Positions 1 through 9,282 of a stretch of 64,000 nt of DNA are shown one piece after another (within the stretch, counting starts at the first letter, position 1; every line of letters starts with the position of its first letter). This stretch comes from Hormoscilla sp. (GTDB taxonomy: Bacteria > Cyanobacteriota > Cyanobacteriia > Cyanobacteriales > Desertifilaceae), in assembly GCA_051439505.1 (NCBI GenBank), contig JBFRWI010000002.1, positions 1-64,000 of the forward strand, read 5' to 3'. The notes under the pieces are model-generated. The model was not told the DNA's origin and did no database searches. It saw nothing but the letters and a program-made list of their open reading frames with translations. A program made the position numbers and the translations under genes.

Positions 1-68
1 CAGCGGCGCAACGGTTACAGACAGCGGCGCAACGGTTACAGACAGCGGCGCAACGGTTACAGACAGCC
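1..68. repeat. 21-bp tandem repeat (CAGCGGCGCAACGGTTACAGA) x3+, truncated by window edge
   Basis: Exact repeats read directly. Confidence 0.95.
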
Positions 69-88
69 GCTTTGAGATCCCTAACTCC

Positions 89-134
<46 letters not shown>

Positions 135-160
135 TCGCGTTGGGGGCGGGTCTTTTTTAC

Positions 161-216
161 CAACTGGTTTTGACCACACCCTGCCCACCCTACATCAACT
201 GCTTGTGACCACACCC
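161..216. mobile_element. Two MITE terminal-repeat remnants (CAAC..TGACCACACCC)
   Basis: 161-181 and 196-216 match the TIR of the intact element at 15984-16125. Confidence 0.65.
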
Positions 217-235
217 GAATTACCCTGATTTTATC

Positions 236-1543
236 TTATTCGTAAAACTGGATAATTTCTCCAAAATTAGCTTCACCGTATTCCACCCAGGCAATACAAT
301 TTCCTGCGGCGTCGTACAATTCGATCGCATCTCCATGATTGCGCAAACTCATCGAGTCCCGACTCGATCGCGTCACCCGAAACCGCTTCACTTCCCCGGG
401 GCCGATCGCGCCAGAGAGTGGTTCCGCCCCACTATAGCTATCACGCATTTCCCAACCTGTCAAATCTATCGCTGAAGAACTAATATTTTTCAACTCCACC
501 CATTCCTTACCTTCATCCCGCCCGCGAGGGTCAGGTAAAGCAGCGTAGATGGCGATCGGGCCATTTTGCTTGCCGATCGTGCTATCCGATCGCAGGACGC
601 GGGGCATATTTCCCATAAAGATCGGGAAAAACGAGCGAATATAGACACCCTTGCTGCCATCTGGTTCCGTATTTCTCAACAGCACCAACTTATAATTAGC
701 ATCATCAAGGGTCGTGCGCTGACTATCCTCTCTCAGCATACCACACAAGCTTTCATAATACATCACCGTCCCCATAGCTATTTCGCATTCCGGACTCGTG
801 CCCACAAAAAAACCACTCTCTTCCTTAAACAGTTTCGCGATCGGATTTCCCTGCTTGTCTGCGTAATTCCACTCCATCTGCAACGTTATCATCCTGGGAT
901 TTTTCGCCCCCTCTTTTCCTCGGCGATCGTACTGATAACCCCAATAATTCACCCGCTTTTTTTTCTCATCCAGGTAAAACTTAATCCACGAATGATACCC
1001 CGATACTTTCCCTTGACTCACATCACCTCTGAAGTTCAGATAATACTTGCCTTCCCCCACAAAAGTATGTTCAAAACCCGACGCATATTCCGTCTCATTT
1101 CCATAGTAATAGTTAGTATAGGGCTGAAACCAAATTTGGTACAACTTTTCCCGAAATTCATACTCCGATAGGTTAATCCTCAATTCCTTGCGGATGTAAT
1201 CAAAGGCGATCGCCATCGGTTCCGTTGCCATGATTTCATCCAGAAACTCATTAATTTCCCCCTCCTCTTCCTCCGACATCTCCTCCCTGCCTCTAGTGCT
1301 GACCACATAATTATCCAAAAGCTTAATAAACTTTACATAACTTGGCAAACCCAACTTCTCCTCATTTACCCGATAGAAGAGAGGACGATCTGCCAGGTCC
1401 AGAGTGCGATCGCCCGAAGCTTGCACCTGTTCGTCCAGGAGAATATCAGCATATTCATTCTCCCATGCCCCCGACTGCTCGCGAGCTGATACCGATAATT
1501 TATTGCGATCGCCGTCCCAAAGCCTTTGATAAATATCGCTCAT
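236..1543 (-). CDS. XendoU/EndoU-family endoribonuclease with C-terminal lamin-tail domain
   Basis: SGFEHTFVGE, GYHSWIKFYLDEK and K..SGFFVGTSPECE motifs; C-terminal ALPDPRG.DEGKEWVELKN...IDLTGWEMRD (LTD). Confidence 0.85.
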   Translation of the reverse strand: MSDIYQRLWDGDRNKLSVSAREQSGAWENEYADILLDEQVQASGDRTLDLADRPLFYRVNEEKLGLPSYVKFIKLLDNYVVSTRGREEMSEEEEGEINEFLDEIMATEPMAIAFDYIRKELRINLSEYEFREKLYQIWFQPYTNYYYGNETEYASGFEHTFVGEGKYYLNFRGDVSQGKVSGYHSWIKFYLDEKKKRVNYWGYQYDRRGKEGAKNPRMITLQMEWNYADKQGNPIAKLFKEESGFFVGTSPECEIAMGTVMYYESLCGMLREDSQRTTLDDANYKLVLLRNTEPDGSKGVYIRSFFPIFMGNMPRVLRSDSTIGKQNGPIAIYAALPDPRGRDEGKEWVELKNISSSAIDLTGWEMRDSYSGAEPLSGAIGPGEVKRFRVTRSSRDSMSLRNHGDAIELYDAAGNCIAWVEYGEANFGEIIQFYE

Positions 1544-1607
1544 CCATCCAACTCCCCAAGCAATTTACAATTTACAAGATGGTGGGCATTTGCCCACCGA
1601 ACCCATG

Positions 1608-2621
1608 CTAACGGAACATGCTGCTAACCGAACTATCCTCATGGATACGCCAGATCGTCTCCCCGAGCAAATTAGCCACCGAAAGCACCCTTAGCTGTGG
1701 AAACCGCTTCTCCTGTGGCACTGGAATCGTATTAGTCACGATCACCTCTTCAAACACACCGCTAGAGAGGCGTTCAACTGCCGGAGGGGAAAAGACAGCA
1801 TGAGTCGCACAGGCATAAACCTGACGTGCCCCAACTTCCCGCAGCATCCTGGCACCTTCACTGATTGTACCAGCAGTATCAATCATATCGTCCACCAAAA
1901 CAGCAGTTTTGCCCTTGACATCCCCAATCACATTCAAAACTTCCGCCACATTGTGAGATTGGCGTCGCTTATCAATGATTGCCAGCGGTGCATCATTCAG
2001 CTTTTTAGCAAAAGCCCTCGCTCTTGCTACCCCACCCACATCCGGGGAAACCACTACAATATCAGATAGTTGCTTACTAGCCAGATAATCCAGTATCACG
2101 GGGGAGCCGTATACATGGTCAAAAGGAATATCAAAATAGCCCTGGATCTGGGCTGAGTGCAAATCCATCGCCAGCACCCGACTGGCCCCAGCTTCTACGA
2201 TCAGATTCGCCACTAGCTTAGCAGTAATCGATTCCCGCCCAGCCGTTTTGCGATCGGCCCTAGCATAGCCATAATAGGGCAGCACCGCCGTAATCTGACG
2301 CGCCGAAGCCCGACGGCTAGCATCAATCATAATCAGCAACTCCATCAAGTTGTCATTGACTGGAGAGCAACAAGGCTGTATCATGTAGACATCGCAGCCT
2401 CGGATTGATTCTTGGATTTGCACGTAAATCTCGCCATCGGCAAAGCGTTTGCGAATCATCGGTCCCAAATCTAAGCCCAAGTAGCGAGCTACCTCTTGAG
2501 ACAGAGTAACATTAGCCGAGCCAGAAAACAGCCGCAGACGGTTATTATCGGTAATAGTTGGTAGAGTCGGCAGCATAGTCAAGGTTGCAGAACGGATCAC
2601 AATGGTGCCCTCGAAGCGCAT
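1608..2621 (-). CDS. prs: Ribose-phosphate pyrophosphokinase
   Basis: RFADGEIYVQIQESIRGCDVY, YGYARADRK, VVVSPDVGGVARAR, LVDDMIDTAGT; start uncertain. Confidence 0.97.
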   Translation of the reverse strand: MRFEGTIVIRSATLTMLPTLPTITDNNRLRLFSGSANVTLSQEVARYLGLDLGPMIRKRFADGEIYVQIQESIRGCDVYMIQPCCSPVNDNLMELLIMIDASRRASARQITAVLPYYGYARADRKTAGRESITAKLVANLIVEAGASRVLAMDLHSAQIQGYFDIPFDHVYGSPVILDYLASKQLSDIVVVSPDVGGVARARAFAKKLNDAPLAIIDKRRQSHNVAEVLNVIGDVKGKTAVLVDDMIDTAGTISEGARMLREVGARQVYACATHAVFSPPAVERLSSGVFEEVIVTNTIPVPQEKRFPQLRVLSVANLLGETIWRIHEDSSVSSMFR

Positions 2622-2798
2622 TCACTGAAATATTATCACGATCTTTCCTCTAGCACAATCTTGGATTTTTCTGATATTTTTATATTTATGTGAAGCGCAC
2701 CAGTTACAATTATTCAGGATTTCTTAAGAGTTGTGAACTGCTGCCCGCTAACTCTGTCTGGCATATGGATGTCATATTTTTACACTAAGGATAAGCTT

Positions 2799-3257
2799 AT
2801 GAGCCTGAAAGACCGCATCACCTCCGACATCAAAGCGGCGATGAAGTCCAGGGATAAAGTCCGTCTGGAGACAGTCCGCAGCATTAAAAAGCTGTTGCTG
2901 GAAAAGGAAGTCAGCGTCCGCCCTCAAGGTCAAGAGGCCCTGACGGAAGCCCAAGAACTGGAAGTGCTGGCCCAGCTAGCCAAACAACGGCGGGAGTCCA
3001 TCGAACAATACCGCCAAGCGGGCCGTGAGGACTTGGTGGCACAAGAATCTCAGGAACTGGCGATCGTCGAGGAGTACCTCCCGCGCCAGCTGTCAGATGA
3101 GGAGGTGGGTGCCATTATCGATGAGATTATTGCTCAGGTGGGTGCTAGTTCTCCGAAAGATATGGGCAAGGTGATGGGACCGGCGATGCAGCAACTGAAG
3201 GGTCAAGCAGACGGCAAGAAGGTGCAACAGTTGGTGAAAGCTAAGTTGGGGGGCTGA
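2799..3257 (+). CDS. GatB/YqeY domain protein
   Basis: MSLKDRITSDIKAAMKSRD...KQRRESIEQYRQAGREDL...KDMGKVMG. Confidence 0.93.
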   Translation: MSLKDRITSDIKAAMKSRDKVRLETVRSIKKLLLEKEVSVRPQGQEALTEAQELEVLAQLAKQRRESIEQYRQAGREDLVAQESQELAIVEEYLPRQLSDEEVGAIIDEIIAQVGASSPKDMGKVMGPAMQQLKGQADGKKVQQLVKAKLGG

Positions 3258-3546
3258 AGGCGATCGATTATCAGCTGGTAGGGTGGGCATTGCCCACCAT
3301 GTCAGTCGATCCTGTAACAGATAATTGTCGAATAAGTAAAAATACTGATTTACTGCTCCCGACAAGAGGCTTCATCATCTTCCCAGCCGTTGTATGTTAC
3401 TCTCAATGGTCAGGGATGGCGATCGCCCGTTCGGCACCAGACTGGCGATCGCCCTGGGGCCTCATTGGCTTTCCCAATGCAAGAATTTTGAATTTTGAAT
3501 TTTGAATTGCTTAGCGGTGCCCACCCTAGGAATTTTAGAGCCTATT

Positions 3547-4593
3547 ATGTTCAAGTTAAAAAAAATCGGAGCGCTTATCGGTCAAACCGCCTTAATCAGT
3601 TTAATCTCATTAGGATTGACAGAAATCGCCTTCCGAATATACAATAAAATTAATCCCAGTTTTATTTTCTACGATCTGTCATACAATCGCTTTCGCGGCC
3701 AACCCAACGCCCAGGACTATGATTTCACGTTAAACTCAAAGGGGTTTAAGGATGTTGAATTTAACGAAGAAAAAGCTACCGGTACATACCGCATATTAGG
3801 GATCGGCGATTCCTTTGCTTATGGAGTGGTTCCGTATCAGTACAATTACTATACTCGCGTAGAAGAAAAACTGAATCAGCGAGAGAAAAAATTTGAAATC
3901 ATTAATATGGGGATTCCCAACTTGGGGCCGAAAGATTATCTCTCAATTTTGGTGAATGAAGGATTGGAATTAAATCCAGATATGGCGATCGTCAGTTTTT
4001 TCATCGGCAATGATTTTTCCGATATGCAACAGACCAGAAGCATATACTCATATTCATATGTAGCCTCATTTATTAAATTTACATTCGACCTGCAGAAAAG
4101 CTATGAAGGACGGCAGATTCACGGAAATATGGTATATGAAGATGACCGACCGAGTATGGAGGCAGAAAAATTTTTGGAAATTCAGACCAGTAGAAGTTAT
4201 ATTCACCTAAAGCAAAATGAATATTTTGAGAATCAGTTAAAATCAGCAGTAGGTTATTTAAGGAAAATTAAAGAGATATGTGATGCCCAAAACATTAAGT
4301 TGATGGTAGTGATAATTCCTGACGAGTTGCAAGTCAACGAAGAATGGCAATCTCAAGTAATTCAAGCATTGAATTCTAATCGGGCTAATTTTGATTTTAC
4401 ACTACCAAATCGATTGTTGTCTCGGGAACTGGAAAGTGAAAACATAGCATATATAGACATGTTAAGTGAGTTCAAGTCGGTGTCCCGATCGCAAATAGTT
4501 TACAAACCTCAAGATAGCCACTGGAATATTGCGGGAAACGAGTTGGCAGCAGAAATGATTTATAAATATCTATCAGAGAAGGCCGAATTATGA
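3547..4593 (+). CDS. Membrane-anchored SGNH/GDSL hydrolase
   Basis: N-terminal TM, GIGDSFAYG, NMGIP, FFIGND, DSHWNIAGN. Confidence 0.85.
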   Translation: MFKLKKIGALIGQTALISLISLGLTEIAFRIYNKINPSFIFYDLSYNRFRGQPNAQDYDFTLNSKGFKDVEFNEEKATGTYRILGIGDSFAYGVVPYQYNYYTRVEEKLNQREKKFEIINMGIPNLGPKDYLSILVNEGLELNPDMAIVSFFIGNDFSDMQQTRSIYSYSYVASFIKFTFDLQKSYEGRQIHGNMVYEDDRPSMEAEKFLEIQTSRSYIHLKQNEYFENQLKSAVGYLRKIKEICDAQNIKLMVVIIPDELQVNEEWQSQVIQALNSNRANFDFTLPNRLLSRELESENIAYIDMLSEFKSVSRSQIVYKPQDSHWNIAGNELAAEMIYKYLSEKAEL

Positions 4594-5276
4594 AGACATT
4601 ATTGATTACGGGAACGGATACGGATGCTGGTAAGACTGTATTGACAAGTTGTCTCGCTGCTTACTGGCAAACCTATTATCCCAGTCTGAGTTGGGGAATA
4701 ATGAAACCAATTCAGTCGGGCAAGGGCGATCGGGAACTATACACCCAGTTATTTTCTCTTTCGGAGTCCCCAGAAGAGATAACACCAATATATTTGCAAA
4801 CGCCGGTGGCACCGCCCATAGCTGCCCGGCGAGAAGGAAAACCGATAGAATTGGCAAAAGTCTGGCAAACATTTCATCGCCTGCAACAGCAAAAAGATTG
4901 GTTGTTAGTGGAAGCATTAGGGGGGTTAGGTTCTCCGGTAACGGAGGAACTGATCGTGGCAGATCTAGCCAGAGATTGGCGGTTGCCAGCTGTATTAGTG
5001 GTGCCAGTCAAGCTAGGGGCGATCGGGCAAGCGGTGGCCAACGTGGCCCTAGCCCGCCAGTACGAGGTTGAAATCAAAGGCATAGTCTTGAATTGTATCA
5101 ACCCATGTTCGGAGGAACAACTTGCGGACTGGGCACCCATTGACCTAATTGAGTCTCTCACATACAGGCAAGTTTTAGGAATTTTACCTCATCTGGCGGA
5201 CCCCAAGGACTTGACAAAACTAGCTCAAGTTGCCTCAAATCTGGATTTAGAAAGATTGCTAATGGCTAATGGCTAA
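4590..5276 (+). CDS. bioD: Dethiobiotin synthase
   Basis: LITGTDTDAGKT, MKPIQSG, LVEALGGLGSP. Confidence 0.95.
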   Translation: MKTLLITGTDTDAGKTVLTSCLAAYWQTYYPSLSWGIMKPIQSGKGDRELYTQLFSLSESPEEITPIYLQTPVAPPIAARREGKPIELAKVWQTFHRLQQQKDWLLVEALGGLGSPVTEELIVADLARDWRLPAVLVVPVKLGAIGQAVANVALARQYEVEIKGIVLNCINPCSEEQLADWAPIDLIESLTYRQVLGILPHLADPKDLTKLAQVASNLDLERLLMANG

Positions 5277-5303
5277 TGGCTAATTGTGAATGGCTAATGG
5301 CTA
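5260..5303. repeat. Heptamer repeat (TAATGGC)n
   Basis: Direct reading; same family inverted at 11050-11090. Confidence 0.85.
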
Positions 5304-5330
5304 AAAGGGCAATTCTCAATTAACAATTGC

Positions 5331-6590
5331 TCAATTCTCAATTAACAATTGCTGGACAAACTCGTAAATATTTTCGACGGGTTGGTTATTGAGTACCCGA
5401 TCTTTCATATCGATCAGGGCTTTCGCAAACTCGGGGGCCTTTTCACTATAATTGACATTAGCCGCTAGCAAATCTTCAAACACCTGGAGTTCAATTTCCG
5501 ACTTGGTGGGGGCCCGATCGCCCGCCAGCATAGGCGTTTCATACTCAGTACCGGTAGCATCATACTTGAGTAAAAATATCAGCGCCTCGCACTCGCGATG
5601 CAGCTGTTGGCGGAGCGATCGCACGTTCAAGTCAAGGCGATTAAACCCCAACTGACCGAAGATGCCCAACTCCACGATCGCCCCTTGAGTTTTCCCTTGC
5701 TGAGCGACTGCTAGCACCTTTTTGAGCGCCGCGTCTTGCAATTCTACCAGAGTTTGCTGCTTATCTACTTCTAAGTTTAAGCGTAAGATCGATCGCTGAT
5801 AATAATCTTGCTTCAACTGGGCGTTAATTCCCCGTTCGTCTATCTCCACCAAATAGACTCCCCGGGGGTTTTGTCCCTGACTTTCCGCAATACTATTGGC
5901 CTCTACGGAACCGGGATTAAAAATCCAACCTTCCTCAGTATAATGCTTGTGGATGTGACCTAGAGCCAGATAATCTATCCCCGCCTGATGAAGTGGTAAT
6001 AAATCTTTGTAGCGCAAGGCCCCTTCATAACGGGCAATCTGACCCTCTAACCCGTGATGAAATAACATTACAGTATGCTGGGGGCCCCCAGGTAATAGCT
6101 CGATCGCCGCTGCCAATTGGGCGATCGCCCGGGGGGCCGCCGCACCGTACCACCGAGAACCCAGAACCCGCACTCCGCAATCTAAATCTAGATAGGCACC
6201 AGTTTTCGTCTCTGGCGTCCACAGATCGTAGAGTTCAGTTCCAGCTTCATTAGGTTCGAGCAAAATCAACTTTTCCCAATCTGCCAGATAGCGCAGCCAG
6301 CTACTTTTAGTACCATAGGGCTGGTTGTCGTGATTTCCTTCGATGGCCAACACGGGAATACCCGCTTCCTTCAGCATATCCAGGCAAACCTGGGCCTGAT
6401 TGAGAGTAGCTGGCAAAATATGCCGATGTTCAAATAAATCACCAGCAATCACCACAAAATCCACCGCTTCCCCGACAGCATACTTTTCCAAAGCATCCTG
6501 AAAGGCCAGAAAAAAGTCTTTCGTTCGCTCGGCATTCTCGTAGCGGTCAAAACCCAGATGCACGTCGGCCACATGTAAAAATCGAGGCAT
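5331..6590 (-). CDS. sbcD: SbcD/Mre11-family DNA repair exonuclease
   Basis: LHVADVHLG, IAGDLFE, IEGNHD, LALGHIH, NPGS metallophosphoesterase motifs. Confidence 0.88.
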   Translation of the reverse strand: MPRFLHVADVHLGFDRYENAERTKDFFLAFQDALEKYAVGEAVDFVVIAGDLFEHRHILPATLNQAQVCLDMLKEAGIPVLAIEGNHDNQPYGTKSSWLRYLADWEKLILLEPNEAGTELYDLWTPETKTGAYLDLDCGVRVLGSRWYGAAAPRAIAQLAAAIELLPGGPQHTVMLFHHGLEGQIARYEGALRYKDLLPLHQAGIDYLALGHIHKHYTEEGWIFNPGSVEANSIAESQGQNPRGVYLVEIDERGINAQLKQDYYQRSILRLNLEVDKQQTLVELQDAALKKVLAVAQQGKTQGAIVELGIFGQLGFNRLDLNVRSLRQQLHRECEALIFLLKYDATGTEYETPMLAGDRAPTKSEIELQVFEDLLAANVNYSEKAPEFAKALIDMKDRVLNNQPVENIYEFVQQLLIEN

Positions 6591-6682
6591 TAGTTGTTAG
6601 TTGTTAGCTGTTAGCTGTTAGCTATTAGTATAATAATTCCAGAAATTATTACATAACAGGGCGACCAAAACTTATAGTAATA

Positions 6683-6715
6683 TAGCCCGCGCAGGCGGGC
6701 TTTGTTTGTTTAGGC
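6683..6715. repeat. REP-like hairpin AGCCCGCGCAGGCGGGCTTTG
   Basis: Also at ~45147 and, interrupted, at ~36983. Confidence 0.75.
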
Positions 6716-6821
6716 TCTTCCTTTAGGTTCCGGTTAGATAAGACTGGGGGGTGAAGCCCCCACAGACCCAAAGCCACTATACATCAATGATAGAATCCTT
6801 TAGGGTGAGAGCCTGGTAGTG

Positions 6822-7418
6822 CTAATAACTGATTAGCTCGTGGTAGTTCTGCTTACATATGCCTAAAATCCGCTGGTCGTTGGAACTCACAGGAGCGATC
6901 GGGTAAAATCCTGCTAATCCCATTTGCTCCATCACTGGGCGATCCCCAGCGATTTGGGAGTCCCGGTCCAGAGCGATCGAGTAGGGATAGCTAGTTTGGT
7001 CGTAACTATTGACAATAGTTACCGCCAGCCGGTCAGACTGAATGCTGCCGTAAAAACAGTCAAAAGATGAGCGCGGCATATAGAATGCACCGATTACTCC
7101 CTGCTGCTGGCGCACTTCAAACACGGTGTATGCCTGTCCCACCTGTTCTGGTTCTGATGACTGACCATAGAGGTAGATTTCATTTCCTTCGGGACTTTTT
7201 TTCTCAGGAGGTGCTTCCACTAACAACTCCGTCGGCGAGTCTATCTCTTGAGACAGATCGGCAGTTACTGGAGTTGCTAAACCAGATAATGTCTGCAAAC
7301 CGCTTATCCCAATTCCTAGACCTAAAATCAAGATAATTTTTGCCAAGTCACCTTTTGCGGATCGCTTATGCGGTAGCTCTCTCTTAGAACCAACGCCGAT
7401 CGTATCGATATTGTACAC
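6822..7418 (-). CDS. Conserved cyanobacterial hypothetical protein, probably exported
   Basis: Hydrophobic N-terminal segment; IYLYGQSSEPEQVGQAYTVFEV...IGAFYMPRSSFDCFYG; start uncertain. Confidence 0.75.
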   Translation of the reverse strand: MYNIDTIGVGSKRELPHKRSAKGDLAKIILILGLGIGISGLQTLSGLATPVTADLSQEIDSPTELLVEAPPEKKSPEGNEIYLYGQSSEPEQVGQAYTVFEVRQQQGVIGAFYMPRSSFDCFYGSIQSDRLAVTIVNSYDQTSYPYSIALDRDSQIAGDRPVMEQMGLAGFYPIAPVSSNDQRILGICKQNYHELISY

Positions 7419-7628
7419 CCTGGTGTTCTCCCCACAACAAATATTATTTGACTGTCAATCAATTGCCAGTTTTTCTCCCTTGATTAGATACACAGAAGTT
7501 CCAATTTATTTCGGATTTTATTTACAACTATTTACATTCTGGGGAAAAATAAAAAGGCAAAAGAAGAATTTGCCATCTTTTGCCTTTTCCCCAGAAGGTA
7601 GTGCTTTGGTCGAGACCAATACTTATAC

Positions 7629-8660
7629 TTAGCTAGCGAGATATTCCCGCACGATCGAGCGGTGGCGACGCAGGTGGTTAATTGCTTGACGTTCTAGTTG
7701 ACGTACCCGTTCGCGACTGAGATTCATCCGTTGGCCCACCTGGGAGAGGGAAAGTTCGTGACCATCTACCAGGCCAAAGCGCAAACTCAGAACTTCCCGT
7801 TGCTGGGGAGTCAGATCTGCCAAGAGTCGATTTAAGTCTTGGCGCAGAGATTCCTGAGTCGTGTAGATTTCCGGAGAAATCCCGTCATCTTCGAGCAAGT
7901 CGGCCAATTCCGTGTCCTGGTTATCCCCCACCCGGATATCCAGAGAAATAGGTTGACGCGATAGAGTCAGGTATTCCCGGATTTGACCCGGTTCTAAATC
8001 CAATGCTTGGCCGATCTCGGCGGGAGTAGCAGACCGACCCAGTTTTTGCGAGAGTTCCCGCTGCATTTTCTTGATCTTATTGAGCTTTTCGGTAATGTGG
8101 ATCGGCAACCGTATGGTTCTAGCTTGCTGGGCGATCGCCCGGGTGATTGCTTGACGAATCCACCAGTAGGCGTAGGTGGAAAACTTATAGCCCCGAGTCG
8201 GGTCAAATTTTTCCACACCTCGTTCGAGACCTAGGGTTCCTTCCTGAATCAGGTCCAGAAATTCCATATTCCGCTTCTGGTACTTCTTGGCGATCGCCAC
8301 TACCAGACGCAGATTAGCTTCGATCATCTTTTGCTTGGCCCGCTGACCCTGCTGCATCACCTCATCTATGTTCTCCTCGGAGCCTAGTATCCCCTTTTCT
8401 TTGAGAACCCCCATCCACTCCGATTTACTCGCCGCCCGTTCCAGTTGTTCTTCGAGAGCCACCTTTTCCATCAGCATCCACATCATTTGCTGCACCTGCT
8501 TTCCGTAGAGAATTTCTTGCTCGTGATTCAGCAGCGGTACGCGACCGATTTCATGCAGGTAGGTCCGGACCATGTCAGCGGTGTACATGGGTTTGGCGGC
8601 CTTGCGAGTGGTTGTTTTTGCTTTTGCTTTTGTCTTGGTTTTTGTTTTTGCTTTTGCCAT
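7629..8660 (-). CDS. sigB: Group 2 RNA polymerase sigma-70 factor (SigB-like)
   Basis: ADMVRTYLHEIGRVPLL, ANLRLVVAIAKKY, KFSTYAYWWIRQAITRAI, region 4 HTH; ORF can extend to 8705. Confidence 0.8.
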   Translation of the reverse strand: MAKAKTKTKTKAKAKTTTRKAAKPMYTADMVRTYLHEIGRVPLLNHEQEILYGKQVQQMMWMLMEKVALEEQLERAASKSEWMGVLKEKGILGSEENIDEVMQQGQRAKQKMIEANLRLVVAIAKKYQKRNMEFLDLIQEGTLGLERGVEKFDPTRGYKFSTYAYWWIRQAITRAIAQQARTIRLPIHITEKLNKIKKMQRELSQKLGRSATPAEIGQALDLEPGQIREYLTLSRQPISLDIRVGDNQDTELADLLEDDGISPEIYTTQESLRQDLNRLLADLTPQQREVLSLRFGLVDGHELSLSQVGQRMNLSRERVRQLERQAINHLRRHRSIVREYLAS

Positions 8661-9282
8661 AGCTGCCCGATCATCCTCCGTAACACCGTTTGTAAATACT
8701 TTCATATCCCCTACCTAGCTGGGTATACTTGGCATCATAGATGCTTATTTATATCTGTATGTTTCCCTGTTTTTCCGGACAAATCACAGGTTGTCCATTT
8801 TTTCGGCGGGCCCTACTCCGTTTAATCGCGATTTCCCCCACTGGCCGCAACCAGAACTCCGCCGCGAGTTTGATTTATTTTTATCCTAACCCCGATAGTT
8901 CCAGCTCAACTGTGACTGGGGTCATTCGTTTTGGTGAGCTTGTGGCATGAAATTTTACCGTTATCTCGCCTGATTTCGGGAATGTTATATCTATCTTCTA
9001 TGATGGCATATCCACCACCAGCTAGCTGTTTGCAGCCAATAGAGAAAACCGAACTTGTTCGATCTTACTTCCTCCGTTTGTGCTACTCCTAGTAGCCTAT
9101 TTTACTTCCATTTTTCTCCGTACCCCACTAATAATGAATACAGCTTGAATCTAATCTATCCCACGTTGGGGAAAAAATCAACCCCGATAAGCCAACAAAA
9201 TAATTGCTATTCTGTATTACATGTAATATAGCATAATCGGGAGCGTCCGACGGGCGGATCGCCTGAGAGTGCTGGTACGCGA

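Noticed and set aside
8706..9282. Long intergenic region upstream of the sigma factor, considered as an ncRNA
   Set aside because: No recognisable RNA family or convincing structure by eye; probably promoter and 5' UTR
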